Shown: positions 18,240-26,099 of the stretch, in pieces
Numbering within the stretch: position 1 is the stretch's first letter
Layout of the letters: each line of letters opens with the position of its first letter
NCBI GenBank assembly: GCA_964638385.1
Contig: CAZWZK010000001.1
Location: 1,945 to 47,448, forward strand
Length of the DNA stretch: 45,504 nt
Reading direction: 5' to 3'
DNA from: an uncultured Gammaproteobacteria bacterium
GTDB taxonomy: Bacteria; Patescibacteriota; Microgenomatia; UBA12405
The notes under the pieces: model-generated
The model's input: the letters and a program-made list of their open reading frames with translations, nothing else
Database searches by the model: none
What the model was told of the DNA's origin: nothing
Made by a program: the position numbers and the translations under genes

Positions 18240-18673
18240 TGATCAAAAAAATTACTTATTTTATAATCGCTATTATTCTTTTTGGTGGTATTTTTTGGTT
18301 ACTATCACAACCTCCCAAGAACCAAGATTTAAATTATTACGACGTCATATCAAAAGACATTTACAAAGATTATCCTGTTTACGACAACCCAGATCTGGTT
18401 TTTTATTGGGGTAATGGTTGTCCTCATTGCGAAAATGTTGAAAATTGGCTCAATGAAAAAAATGCTGACGCAAAACTAAAAGTTAACTATAAAGAGGTTT
18501 ACTATAACCAACAAAATCAAACAGAGTTAACCAAAACTATCCAGCAATACTGTCCTGAATTGATGGAATCTGGTGGAATTGGTGTTCCTACTGGATTTGA
18601 TCCTGTCAACAAAAAATGTATTCAAGGTGACACTCCAATAATCGATTTTTTGTCATCGAAACTAGCTAACTAA
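18239..18673 (+). CDS. Membrane-anchored thioredoxin/glutaredoxin-fold thiol-disulfide oxidoreductase
   Basis: N-terminal TM segment. CxxC active site WGNGCPHCENV. cis-Pro context GIGVPTGF. Confidence 0.6.
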   Translation: MIKKITYFIIAIILFGGIFWLLSQPPKNQDLNYYDVISKDIYKDYPVYDNPDLVFYWGNGCPHCENVENWLNEKNADAKLKVNYKEVYYNQQNQTELTKTIQQYCPELMESGGIGVPTGFDPVNKKCIQGDTPIIDFLSSKLAN

Positions 18674-18676
18674 ATT

Positions 18677-19057
18677 ATGTCAAAAAAGACTAAGCCTCAG
18701 AAAGTTACTTTAAAAAGTATCATTAGGCTTATTCTTTTTCTTGCTATCGTTTTTTTAATAATCTCTTTTATTAGTCGTCAACAAACGATTAAAACAGAAA
18801 TAAGTGATCCTACTGTTTATATCGGAGAATCTTTAGGAGGAGGTGTTTTGGGAACATTCTATTCAAAACTTCCCGAAAAAAGTCGTTATCAAATCGAAAA
18901 TTTTAATCAAACCGAAGCAGGAATCTTTCTTCAAAACTCCACAGAATATCTTAAAAACCAACTTAACGGCTTTCCTCAAAAACAAATTAAAGAAATCAAA
19001 AAAGCCGTTATCAAAAATATATCTGACGACATGATTAAAAACATTGAAGAAAATTAA
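18677..19057 (+). CDS. Hypothetical membrane-anchored protein
   Basis: Single N-terminal TM segment [15 protein letters not shown]. No recognisable motif. Tightly packed in a co-directional gene string. Confidence 0.4.
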   Translation: MSKKTKPQKVTLKSIIRLILFLAIVFLIISFISRQQTIKTEISDPTVYIGESLGGGVLGTFYSKLPEKSRYQIENFNQTEAGIFLQNSTEYLKNQLNGFPQKQIKEIKKAVIKNISDDMIKNIEEN

Positions 19058-19062
19058 ATATT

Positions 19063-20136
19063 ATGAGTTTACTTCCAGACCTCAAAGCAAAATTTGAGGC
19101 TATTAAGATTAAAATTAACCACCTCTCCAATTTAAAGGAATTATCTCAATTAGAAAAACAATCACAAAAATCCAATCTTTGGGATAATCCATCTCAGGCT
19201 CAAGAGTTATTACAAACAATTTCTGCTCTGCAAAAAAATGTTCAATTAGTCAATCAAATTGAATCAGAAATTTCCACACTAGAAGAATTCATTAATTTTA
19301 TTTCTAATAATCCAGATCCATCCATCGAATTAGAAATATCCTCGTCAATATTAAAATTAGAAAAAGAAATTTCTGATCTTGAACTTCAAACCTATCTTTC
19401 TGGAAAATACGATTCAAAATCAGCTATTCTTTCGGTTCATTCTGGGCAAGGTGGTACTGAAGCTATGGATTGGGCTGCCATGCTCCAAAGAATGTACCTT
19501 CGTTTTTTTGAACGTAAAGGTTGGAAATATGATGTTATTGACCTGATCCCTGGGGAAGAAGCTGGAATCAAATCGGTTTATTTCAAAGTCTCTCAACCCT
19601 TTGCCTTTGGTTATCTCAAAAAAGAATCAGGAGTTCATCGTTTGGTGAGACTTTCGCCGTTCAATGCTGATCAGCTTCGCCAAACATCTTTTGCCAAAGT
19701 TGAAGTTACCCCTATTCTTGACTTTGCTTCTGATTTCAAAATTCCTCCGGAAGATATTGAGTTTTCCGCTTATCGTGCTGGTGGTCATGGTGGTCAAAAT
19801 GTCAACAAAGTTTCTACTGCCGTTAGATTGGTTCATAAACCTACAGGTATTAGTGTCTCTTGCCAAAGTCAACGTGGCCAAGAGCAAAATCGTGAATTAG
19901 CCCTTCAAATGCTCACTTCAAAAATTTGGGCGCTAGAACAAGAAAAACAAAACCAAGAAAAGCAGGATATAAAAGGAGAAAATATTGTTGCCGGTTGGGG
20001 ACACCAAATCCGATCATATGTCCTTCACCCATACAAAATGGTTAAAGATTTACGGACTCGATACGAAACATCTGATACTGTCTCTGTTCTTGATGGTAAT
20101 CTTGACTCTTTTATTGAAGCTGAATTAAAATTGTAG
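19063..20136 (+). CDS. prfB: Peptide chain release factor 2 (no programmed frameshift)
   Basis: SPF tripeptide ([16 protein letters not shown]) and GGQ motif ([13 protein letters not shown]). A single uninterrupted ORF from the N-terminus. Confidence 0.92.
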   Translation: MSLLPDLKAKFEAIKIKINHLSNLKELSQLEKQSQKSNLWDNPSQAQELLQTISALQKNVQLVNQIESEISTLEEFINFISNNPDPSIELEISSSILKLEKEISDLELQTYLSGKYDSKSAILSVHSGQGGTEAMDWAAMLQRMYLRFFERKGWKYDVIDLIPGEEAGIKSVYFKVSQPFAFGYLKKESGVHRLVRLSPFNADQLRQTSFAKVEVTPILDFASDFKIPPEDIEFSAYRAGGHGGQNVNKVSTAVRLVHKPTGISVSCQSQRGQEQNRELALQMLTSKIWALEQEKQNQEKQDIKGENIVAGWGHQIRSYVLHPYKMVKDLRTRYETSDTVSVLDGNLDSFIEAELKL

Positions 20137-20137
20137 A

Positions 20138-21163
20138 ATGTCAAAAATTGCCAAAATTATTTTAATCTCTGTTTTAAGTCTTATTGTTTTATATATTGCT
20201 GGTATTTTTTGGGGAATAAGAGTTATTTCAAAAAAAATTGATCAACCGACATCATATATTCCTTCATTAATTAGTCAAATTAAATCTGACAACCCATATT
20301 CAAATAAAGATAAAATCAATTTCATTATTTTGGGTTTAGACAAAAGAGACGACTCTCTCGAAAAAACCCAAACCACAGATACTATTATGTTTGCCTCTCT
20401 TAATCTAAAAGACTATAAAATTAATACTATTTCTATCCCTCGAGATCTTTGGTTTTACGACATCAATGCTAAAGCTAACGAAATCTACCCGCTCTCTCTT
20501 GATCAACCCAATCAATTTTCTTTTATCAAAGAAAAATTTCAAAAATTAACAGGCCAAAATATTGATCATGTGGTTATTTTAACTACTGATAATTTAATTA
20601 GTTTTGTCGATCTTATAGGTGGTGTCGATTTAACCTTAGAACAGGGGTTTATCGACAAACAATATCCTAACCCTGAGTATATAAAAGATCCCAAATCTGG
20701 AGCACCTATCTACAAAACTGTCGAGTTTAAATCTGGTCAGATCCATTTAGATAAATCAAATATTACCGAATTTGTTCGTTCCCGCAAAGGTGGCGAAACT
20801 GTTGCTCAAGGGGGGACTGATTTGGCCAGAATCAAACGACAACAACAACTCCTTGAAGCTATCTTGGCCAAAGTAAAAAGCGGGGATTTTATCAAAAATT
20901 TTTCTCAAGTTTTTGATCTTTACAAGTTTTGGAACAAGGATATCTCCAAAGATATTACTGATCTTCAAAGTCTTCAAATAGCCTCTGTTCTTGGCGAAAA
21001 TATAACCAAACTTAACTTCAACAAAATTGAAATAAAAGTTGGCACTACCGCCAAAAACGGTCTTATTTACCACCCCATCAAATTCATCAATAAACAATGG
21101 GTTTTTATTCCTTCCGACAAAGACTACAAATCCTTCCACCAATTTTTCTCCGACTCAATTTAA
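20138..21163 (+). CDS. LytR-CpsA-Psr (LCP) family glycopolymer-to-peptidoglycan ligase
   Basis: N-terminal TM segment. NFIILGLDKRDD, TDTIMFASLN, ISIPRDLW, FVRSRKG. Confidence 0.85.
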   Translation: MSKIAKIILISVLSLIVLYIAGIFWGIRVISKKIDQPTSYIPSLISQIKSDNPYSNKDKINFIILGLDKRDDSLEKTQTTDTIMFASLNLKDYKINTISIPRDLWFYDINAKANEIYPLSLDQPNQFSFIKEKFQKLTGQNIDHVVILTTDNLISFVDLIGGVDLTLEQGFIDKQYPNPEYIKDPKSGAPIYKTVEFKSGQIHLDKSNITEFVRSRKGGETVAQGGTDLARIKRQQQLLEAILAKVKSGDFIKNFSQVFDLYKFWNKDISKDITDLQSLQIASVLGENITKLNFNKIEIKVGTTAKNGLIYHPIKFINKQWVFIPSDKDYKSFHQFFSDSI

Positions 21164-21254
21164 TCTTATTGAACCCTATTGTTTTTCTACGATCCAAAAT
21201 CTACGACCTAACTACTAATTTGCTATACTGAATTATTAGATTTTAATTATAGAC

Positions 21255-21731
21255 ATGGACATACCAAATTTATCTAAACCAAACCCTGAAGTTAATCAAT
21301 TAAAAGTTCCCCATACGCCCAAATTAGTCTTTGTTATCTTAACTATTTTAGCTATTACTTCAGGTTTTTGGATTTCCCGTTTTTGGCCAACAGAAACCAC
21401 TGCCGAAGTCAGCAAAAGCGACAGTTTAGTTGCTAATGAAGCCGCAAAAATTGTTGAAGGAGAAGAAATAAAAACTGGTGTTACTTATGGCAATTTAAGT
21501 AAAACTTTCGGTGATAGTGCTACTGGTACTATCAAAGCTGGTGGTATCAATGGTGACGGTACCCACACTCTCGAACGTCAAGGTGGAGCTACTCAAAATG
21601 CCGCCCTAACTTCTTCAGTCGTCGATCTTGATCTTTTTGTCGGCAAAAAAGTTGAAGTCAAAGGTGAAACTAATGATTCTGCCAAAGCTGGTTGGTTGAT
21701 GGATGTTGGTAGTATAAAAATTCTTGAATAA
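21255..21731 (+). CDS. Hypothetical membrane-anchored protein (first gene of the ftsEX string)
   Basis: TM segment LVFVILTILAITSGFWI, then a Gly/Thr-rich extracytoplasmic domain. Its stop lies 1 nt before the ftsE ATG. Confidence 0.4.
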   Translation: MDIPNLSKPNPEVNQLKVPHTPKLVFVILTILAITSGFWISRFWPTETTAEVSKSDSLVANEAAKIVEGEEIKTGVTYGNLSKTFGDSATGTIKAGGINGDGTHTLERQGGATQNAALTSSVVDLDLFVGKKVEVKGETNDSAKAGWLMDVGSIKILE

Positions 21732-21732
21732 A

Positions 21733-22455
21733 ATGAAAATTGTTTTTGATAAAGTTGATAAAAATTTTGGCCTTATCAGTGCTCTAAAAGACATTAGTTT
21801 TACTATCGATCAGGGTGAATTTGTTTTTGTCGTTGGCCACTCAGGCGCTGGTAAATCAACTATTCTCAAATTAATTCTCAATCAAGTCAAACCTAGTAGT
21901 GGTCAAATTACTATAGATGATATTAACCTAAGTTTAGGCAAAAAAGAAGAAATTGATAAAGCCAGACGGCAAATGGGTGTCATTTTTCAAGATTATCAAC
22001 TTATTATGGACAAGTCAGTCGAAGAGAATATTGCCCTTAGCCTAGATATTATTTCTTTTCCCAAAGACAAAATATCAGCCAAAATTGACGAAGTCATAAA
22101 ACAAGTCAATCTCAATAGTCGTCGTTACCTTTTCCCTTCTCAGCTTTCAGGTGGTGAACTTCAACGAGCTGCTCTCGCCAGAGCTTTAGCTATCGAACCA
22201 AAAATTATTTTGGCCGATGAACCGACAGGTAATCTTGATACTGAAAATTCCTGGAATCTAGTGAAGTTACTCAAAGATATTAATGAAAAAAGTCATACTA
22301 CTATTATTATGACCACTCACAATCAAGAAATTGTGGATTCTCTCAATAAACGTCAAATCGAAATAAAAGATGGTCAGATAACCAAAGATACTGCCATCAA
22401 AAAAGAATCAGTACCATCAAAAAATATTCATTCAAAAAAACATGAGTCCAACTAA
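21733..22455 (+). CDS. ftsE: Cell-division ABC transporter ATPase FtsE
   Basis: Walker A GHSGAGKST, signature LSGGELQR, Walker B ILADEPTGNLD. The ATG at 21733 is preferred over the TTG at 21724. Confidence 0.9.
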   Translation: MKIVFDKVDKNFGLISALKDISFTIDQGEFVFVVGHSGAGKSTILKLILNQVKPSSGQITIDDINLSLGKKEEIDKARRQMGVIFQDYQLIMDKSVEENIALSLDIISFPKDKISAKIDEVIKQVNLNSRRYLFPSQLSGGELQRAALARALAIEPKIILADEPTGNLDTENSWNLVKLLKDINEKSHTTIIMTTHNQEIVDSLNKRQIEIKDGQITKDTAIKKESVPSKNIHSKKHESN

Positions 22456-23314
22456 AACCACTTGGCACCATATCCGCCGTTCTCCTATCCAAAGCTTTAC
22501 TGCGCTTCTTTTAATGACTTTTAGCTTTGTTTTGGTTTCTGCTTTCATTGCTGTTAATTTTGGTCTTTCTCAAGTCCTCAATTATTTTGAAACTAAGCCT
22601 GAAATTACCATCTTTATCAAGGATGGACTAGAAACTTCCAGTATTGAAAATCTCAAAAAAGACTTATCAAACTATTCCGGTATCAAAGAAGTAAAGTACA
22701 TTTCCAAAGAAAAAGCTCTAGAAATTTACAAACAACAAAATCAAGACAACCCCATGCTCACCGAAATGGTAACTGCTAGTATTCTCCCGGCTTCTATCGA
22801 AGTAACCGTTTCTGACCCAAAGATATTAGAACAGATTTACCAAAACTATGCCACTAAAACTGATGTTGTGGACGAGATTATTTATCAAAAAGATATTATT
22901 GGCTCTTTGCTCGATTGGACCAATATTATCAGAAAAACCGGATTAATAATCACCATTATTGTTCTTCTAATCAGTTTTTTTTCTGTTTCTTCCATAATTG
23001 GGATGAAAACTACCAATCGTAAAGATGAAATTAAAATTAGCCGCTTATTGGGCGCTTCTAATTTTTATGTCAAACAACCCTTTTTACTTGAAGGCGTTTT
23101 TTATGGATTTTTTGGCAGTTTAATTGGTTCAATCTTGATTTTTTCTATCCTCTTATTTGCTCGCCAATCTATCAACTCATTTTTTCAGCCAGTCGAATTT
23201 ATTACTAATAATTTTGGCAATTACGGTATAGTAATTTTGTCTGAGATTGTTTTTGGTTGCTTCATTGGTCTATTAGCTAGTTGGATTGGTGTCAAAAGAT
23301 ACATCAAATTCTAA
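22442..23314 (+). CDS. ftsX: Cell-division permease-like protein FtsX
   Basis: TM1, a large extracytoplasmic loop, then 3 C-terminal TMs. KISRLLGASNFYVKQPFLLEG. Overlaps ftsE by 14 nt. Confidence 0.85.
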   Translation: MSPTKTTWHHIRRSPIQSFTALLLMTFSFVLVSAFIAVNFGLSQVLNYFETKPEITIFIKDGLETSSIENLKKDLSNYSGIKEVKYISKEKALEIYKQQNQDNPMLTEMVTASILPASIEVTVSDPKILEQIYQNYATKTDVVDEIIYQKDIIGSLLDWTNIIRKTGLIITIIVLLISFFSVSSIIGMKTTNRKDEIKISRLLGASNFYVKQPFLLEGVFYGFFGSLIGSILIFSILLFARQSINSFFQPVEFITNNFGNYGIVILSEIVFGCFIGLLASWIGVKRYIKF

Positions 23315-23318
23315 TCTG

Positions 23319-24506
23319 ATGCTCAAAAAAAATGTTTTTATACTACTTTTAACCACTCTTTTTCTTACCTTAATTCCAGTTGTAAGTTACGCTCAAAGTA
23401 CCGAAGAAATCCAAACTCAAATCAATCAGTATATTCAAAAGCTCAATGAACTTGGCACTGCCAAAAATACTCTCTCTAACCAAATTAAATTACTCGATTC
23501 TCAATATCAGTTAACTCTCCTTAAAATCACCCAAACCGAAACCTCTATAAAAACCTTAGAAAGAGAAATTGATCAGCTCAGTGTAGAAATTGGTAAGCTT
23601 GAAGTTCAAATAAACCAGCTTTCTCAAAATTATATTCACCAGACTGTCCAAAACTATAAACTTCAAAAGAAAATCCCTGCCTTTGCCTATATTTTTTATT
23701 CCAACCTCAACACATTTCTAGAACAACACCAATACATTTCATCAATTCAAGAGAATAGCCGGGAAAATCTTATCAATATGGAAACTGTTCGTTCTAATTA
23801 TGACGACCAAAAAACCGCTAAAGCTAAAAAGCAAACCGAAATGGAGGAGCTCAAAAAAACTTTAGCCAACCAAAAAACAAGTCTTACTAGTCAAAAGGCG
23901 TCAAAAAACAACCTTTTGGAATCAACTAAAAATGATGAAAAGAAATATCAATCACTTTTAGCTGAAGCTCAATCCCAACTAGCTGCCCTCAAGAATTTCT
24001 CTAGCTCAGCTGGAGGCAGTACTTGTCTTGGTGCTAGCCCTGGTGGTGGCAGTGATGGTAATTTTTATTCTCAAAGAGATCCTCGTTGGTGCAATCAATA
24101 CATTGGTAATTCCCGGGACACAATTGGATCAGTCGGTTGTTTCATTAGCAGTGTTTCAATGGTTTATAAAAAACTTGGATCCGGAACCACGCCATCCGCC
24201 TATGCCGCCAACTCAGGTAATTTTTGGGGTAATACTGCTTACATGTCTACTCCAAATCCTCCATCTGGTTATATTTACAAACAGGTTTCTTATAATAGTG
24301 GCACTATCGACAGTGAGCTTCAGGCTGGTCGTTATGTTATTGCTCAAGTAAAAATGTCTAATGTTGCCGGTATGCATTTTATCGTCATAATCAGTGGTAG
24401 TAATGGTAACTACAAAATTCACGATCCTTGGTTCGGGGCTGATCTTAACTTCTCTGATCGTTATTCTCCTGGTTTAGTTATGAGTCTTCGTCTAATCACT
24501 AAATAA
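23319..24506 (+). CDS. Secreted coiled-coil protein with C-terminal C39-like/papain-fold cysteine peptidase domain (PcsB/CwlO/RipC-analogous candidate FtsEX partner)
   Basis: The ATG at 23319 lies 4 nt after ftsX. Signal peptide LLLTTLFLTLIPVVSYAQS. About 200 aa of heptad-like Q/L/E/K-rich sequence. C-terminal QRDPRWCNQYIGNSRDTIGSVGCFISSVSMVY (Cys) and VAGMHFIVIISG (His). Confidence 0.6.
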   Translation: MLKKNVFILLLTTLFLTLIPVVSYAQSTEEIQTQINQYIQKLNELGTAKNTLSNQIKLLDSQYQLTLLKITQTETSIKTLEREIDQLSVEIGKLEVQINQLSQNYIHQTVQNYKLQKKIPAFAYIFYSNLNTFLEQHQYISSIQENSRENLINMETVRSNYDDQKTAKAKKQTEMEELKKTLANQKTSLTSQKASKNNLLESTKNDEKKYQSLLAEAQSQLAALKNFSSSAGGSTCLGASPGGGSDGNFYSQRDPRWCNQYIGNSRDTIGSVGCFISSVSMVYKKLGSGTTPSAYAANSGNFWGNTAYMSTPNPPSGYIYKQVSYNSGTIDSELQAGRYVIAQVKMSNVAGMHFIVIISGSNGNYKIHDPWFGADLNFSDRYSPGLVMSLRLITK

Positions 24507-24540
24507 CCTCAGCCAAAGGCTGATCCACCTCTGGCGGAAA

Positions 24541-24578
24541 AAATCCCCCATCTTTCGACAGGGGATTTAATTGTTTTT
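24541..24578. terminator. Bidirectional intrinsic terminator between convergent genes
   Basis: AAATCCCC (24541-24548) pairs with GGGGATTT (24561-24568). It is flanked by an upstream A run and followed by TTTAATTGTTTTT. It is the only convergent junction in the window with room for a terminator. Confidence 0.55.
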
Positions 24579-24612
24579 ATGTTTTTCTACAATCTACGAT
24601 CTAAGATCTAAC

Positions 24613-25242
24613 TTAGTATCCGCGGATCTTTTTTCTCAAAGCAAATCCGGATAAACCTAGTCCAATTACACCAATGGTTTGGACAACCAAATCCATACTA
24701 CCAGTTTCTGGAATTATTACTCCATCCTTACCACCTAAATAATAGGTAGCATCATCTTTTTCACTAACTTCATCAACCTTAGCGGTAGCTACGTTAGTTT
24801 CTTTAGTTAAAGTTTTTACTTCAGTTGCCTTATCAATTTTAGCTCTGATCAAAAACTCTTGAGAGTGACCAGCATTTAGTTCATCAATTGTCCATTCAAC
24901 TTTATTATCGGTACTATTGTAAGAACCAGGGAAAAAGATTAATTTTAAAAATGGAGGTAAAGTATCGGTCACTTTAATATTTTTCATATTAGTAGTTCCG
25001 GTATTGGTTACCTTAATTTTAAATTCAATAACGTCGTTTTGATAAAAAACTTTATTCGAACTAGAAATGTTGTCAACATATTCCGAAGAATGAATTGATC
25101 GCAACTTCTTGTCGACTGACAAAGTTTTTCTATTATCAGTATTAGAATAAGAATACGAATCAGCCTTAACAAAGACAGGTTTAATTAAAGAACCTGCGGT
25201 CAAAGCTACCAAGAAGATAGTCGATAAAATTTTATTTTTCAT
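24613..25242 (-). CDS. Sortase-anchored surface protein with DUF11-type repeat domain (IPETG sorting signal)
   Basis: The ATG at 25242 is preferred over the GTG at 25251, because an AGGTGG SD (plus 25248-25253) lies 5 nt upstream of it. Signal peptide ILSTIFLVALTAGS. NIKVTDTLPPFLK is a DUF11-like motif. The C-terminus has IPETG (24700-24714), a hydrophobic segment and an RKKIRGY tail. Confidence 0.75.
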   Translation of the reverse strand: MKNKILSTIFLVALTAGSLIKPVFVKADSYSYSNTDNRKTLSVDKKLRSIHSSEYVDNISSSNKVFYQNDVIEFKIKVTNTGTTNMKNIKVTDTLPPFLKLIFFPGSYNSTDNKVEWTIDELNAGHSQEFLIRAKIDKATEVKTLTKETNVATAKVDEVSEKDDATYYLGGKDGVIIPETGSMDLVVQTIGVIGLGLSGFALRKKIRGY

Positions 25243-25289
25243 ATGTTCCACCTGCTTATTAAATATATATTAATAAATAATTATAGGCT

Positions 25290-25318
25290 ATTATATGACC
25301 AGTTGGTCTATTTGTCAA
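25290..25318 (-). promoter_or_regulatory. Perfect consensus promoter TTGACA-17-TATAAT for the surface-protein gene
   Basis: Minus strand: TTGACA (plus 25313-25318), a 17-nt spacer, TATAAT (plus 25290-25295). The predicted leader is about 40 nt and contains the AGGTGG SD. Confidence 0.6.
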
Positions 25319-25370
25319 GTAAATTTGTATTAGTTCCCCAAAAGCATGGTTGTTGTTATACTTACATTAT

Positions 25371-26099
25371 ATGAAACCATTCTTAATCAATGAGCTTTCT
25401 GTCTTTTTCCCTTGTTATAACGAAGAAAAAAATATAAAAAATACTGTTTCAAAAGCTATCCCAATACTCCAAAAAACAGCTGCCAAATGGGAAATAATTT
25501 TAATTAATGATGGATCAAAAGATAGTACCGGTAAAGTTCTAGAAGAAATTCAACGAGAATATCCAAAACAAATCAAAATTATCACTCATAGTCCCAATCG
25601 TGGATATGGCGCCGCTCTCAAAAGTGGTCTTTATAACTCCCAATATCAATGGATAACCTTCACTGACTCTGATGGCCAATTCGATTTTTCAGAAATTACT
25701 GACCTTATCAAAAAACAGCAGTCGTCAAAAGCCGACATTGTTATTGGTTATTATCTCTCTCGCCAAGTATCAAAAACCGCTATTCTTACCTCAAAAATTT
25801 GGGAACTTATTGTTTTTATCCTTTTTGGGCTTCGTGTAACTGATATTGACTGTGGATTTAAATTGCTTAACAAAAAAGTAGTCGAAACTATTCCTAAGCT
25901 AGAAGCCGAAAGGGGAGCTTTCATTAGTAGTGAATTTTTGATTAAATCCAAAAAGGCCGGTTTCAAAATAGTTGAAATTGGTGTTCATCACTATCCTAGA
26001 GTCGAAGGTAAAGCCACTGGTCGCAATATAAAAGTTATTCTCAAGAGTTTTTCAGATCTCTTTCGTCTTTGGTTTAAAATTAACTTCCATCGTGCTTAA
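25371..26099 (+). CDS. GT2 glycosyltransferase, polyprenyl-phosphate-sugar synthase-like (DPM1/GtrB/ArnC type)
   Basis: FFPCYNEEKNI, INDGSKDSTG, NRGYGAALKSG, DxD FTDSDGQF, DIDCGFKL. The ATG at 25371 is preferred over the TTG at 25350. Confidence 0.8.
   Translation: MKPFLINELSVFFPCYNEEKNIKNTVSKAIPILQKTAAKWEIILINDGSKDSTGKVLEEIQREYPKQIKIITHSPNRGYGAALKSGLYNSQYQWITFTDSDGQFDFSEITDLIKKQQSSKADIVIGYYLSRQVSKTAILTSKIWELIVFILFGLRVTDIDCGFKLLNKKVVETIPKLEAERGAFISSEFLIKSKKAGFKIVEIGVHHYPRVEGKATGRNIKVILKSFSDLFRLWFKINFHRA

Noticed and set aside
19063-19200. Programmed +1 frameshift site in prfB.
   Set aside because: The reading frame is continuous from the first Met through the conserved domains. There is no in-frame TGA and no upstream SD-like stimulator.
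25312-25317. TTGTCA on the plus strand as the -35 element of a promoter for the glycosylation island.
   Set aside because: No acceptable -10 hexamer lies 16-18 nt downstream. The same bases are the reverse complement of the perfect TTGACA -35 of the minus-strand surface-protein promoter. The island's first gene more plausibly uses the TATACT box at 25357-25362.
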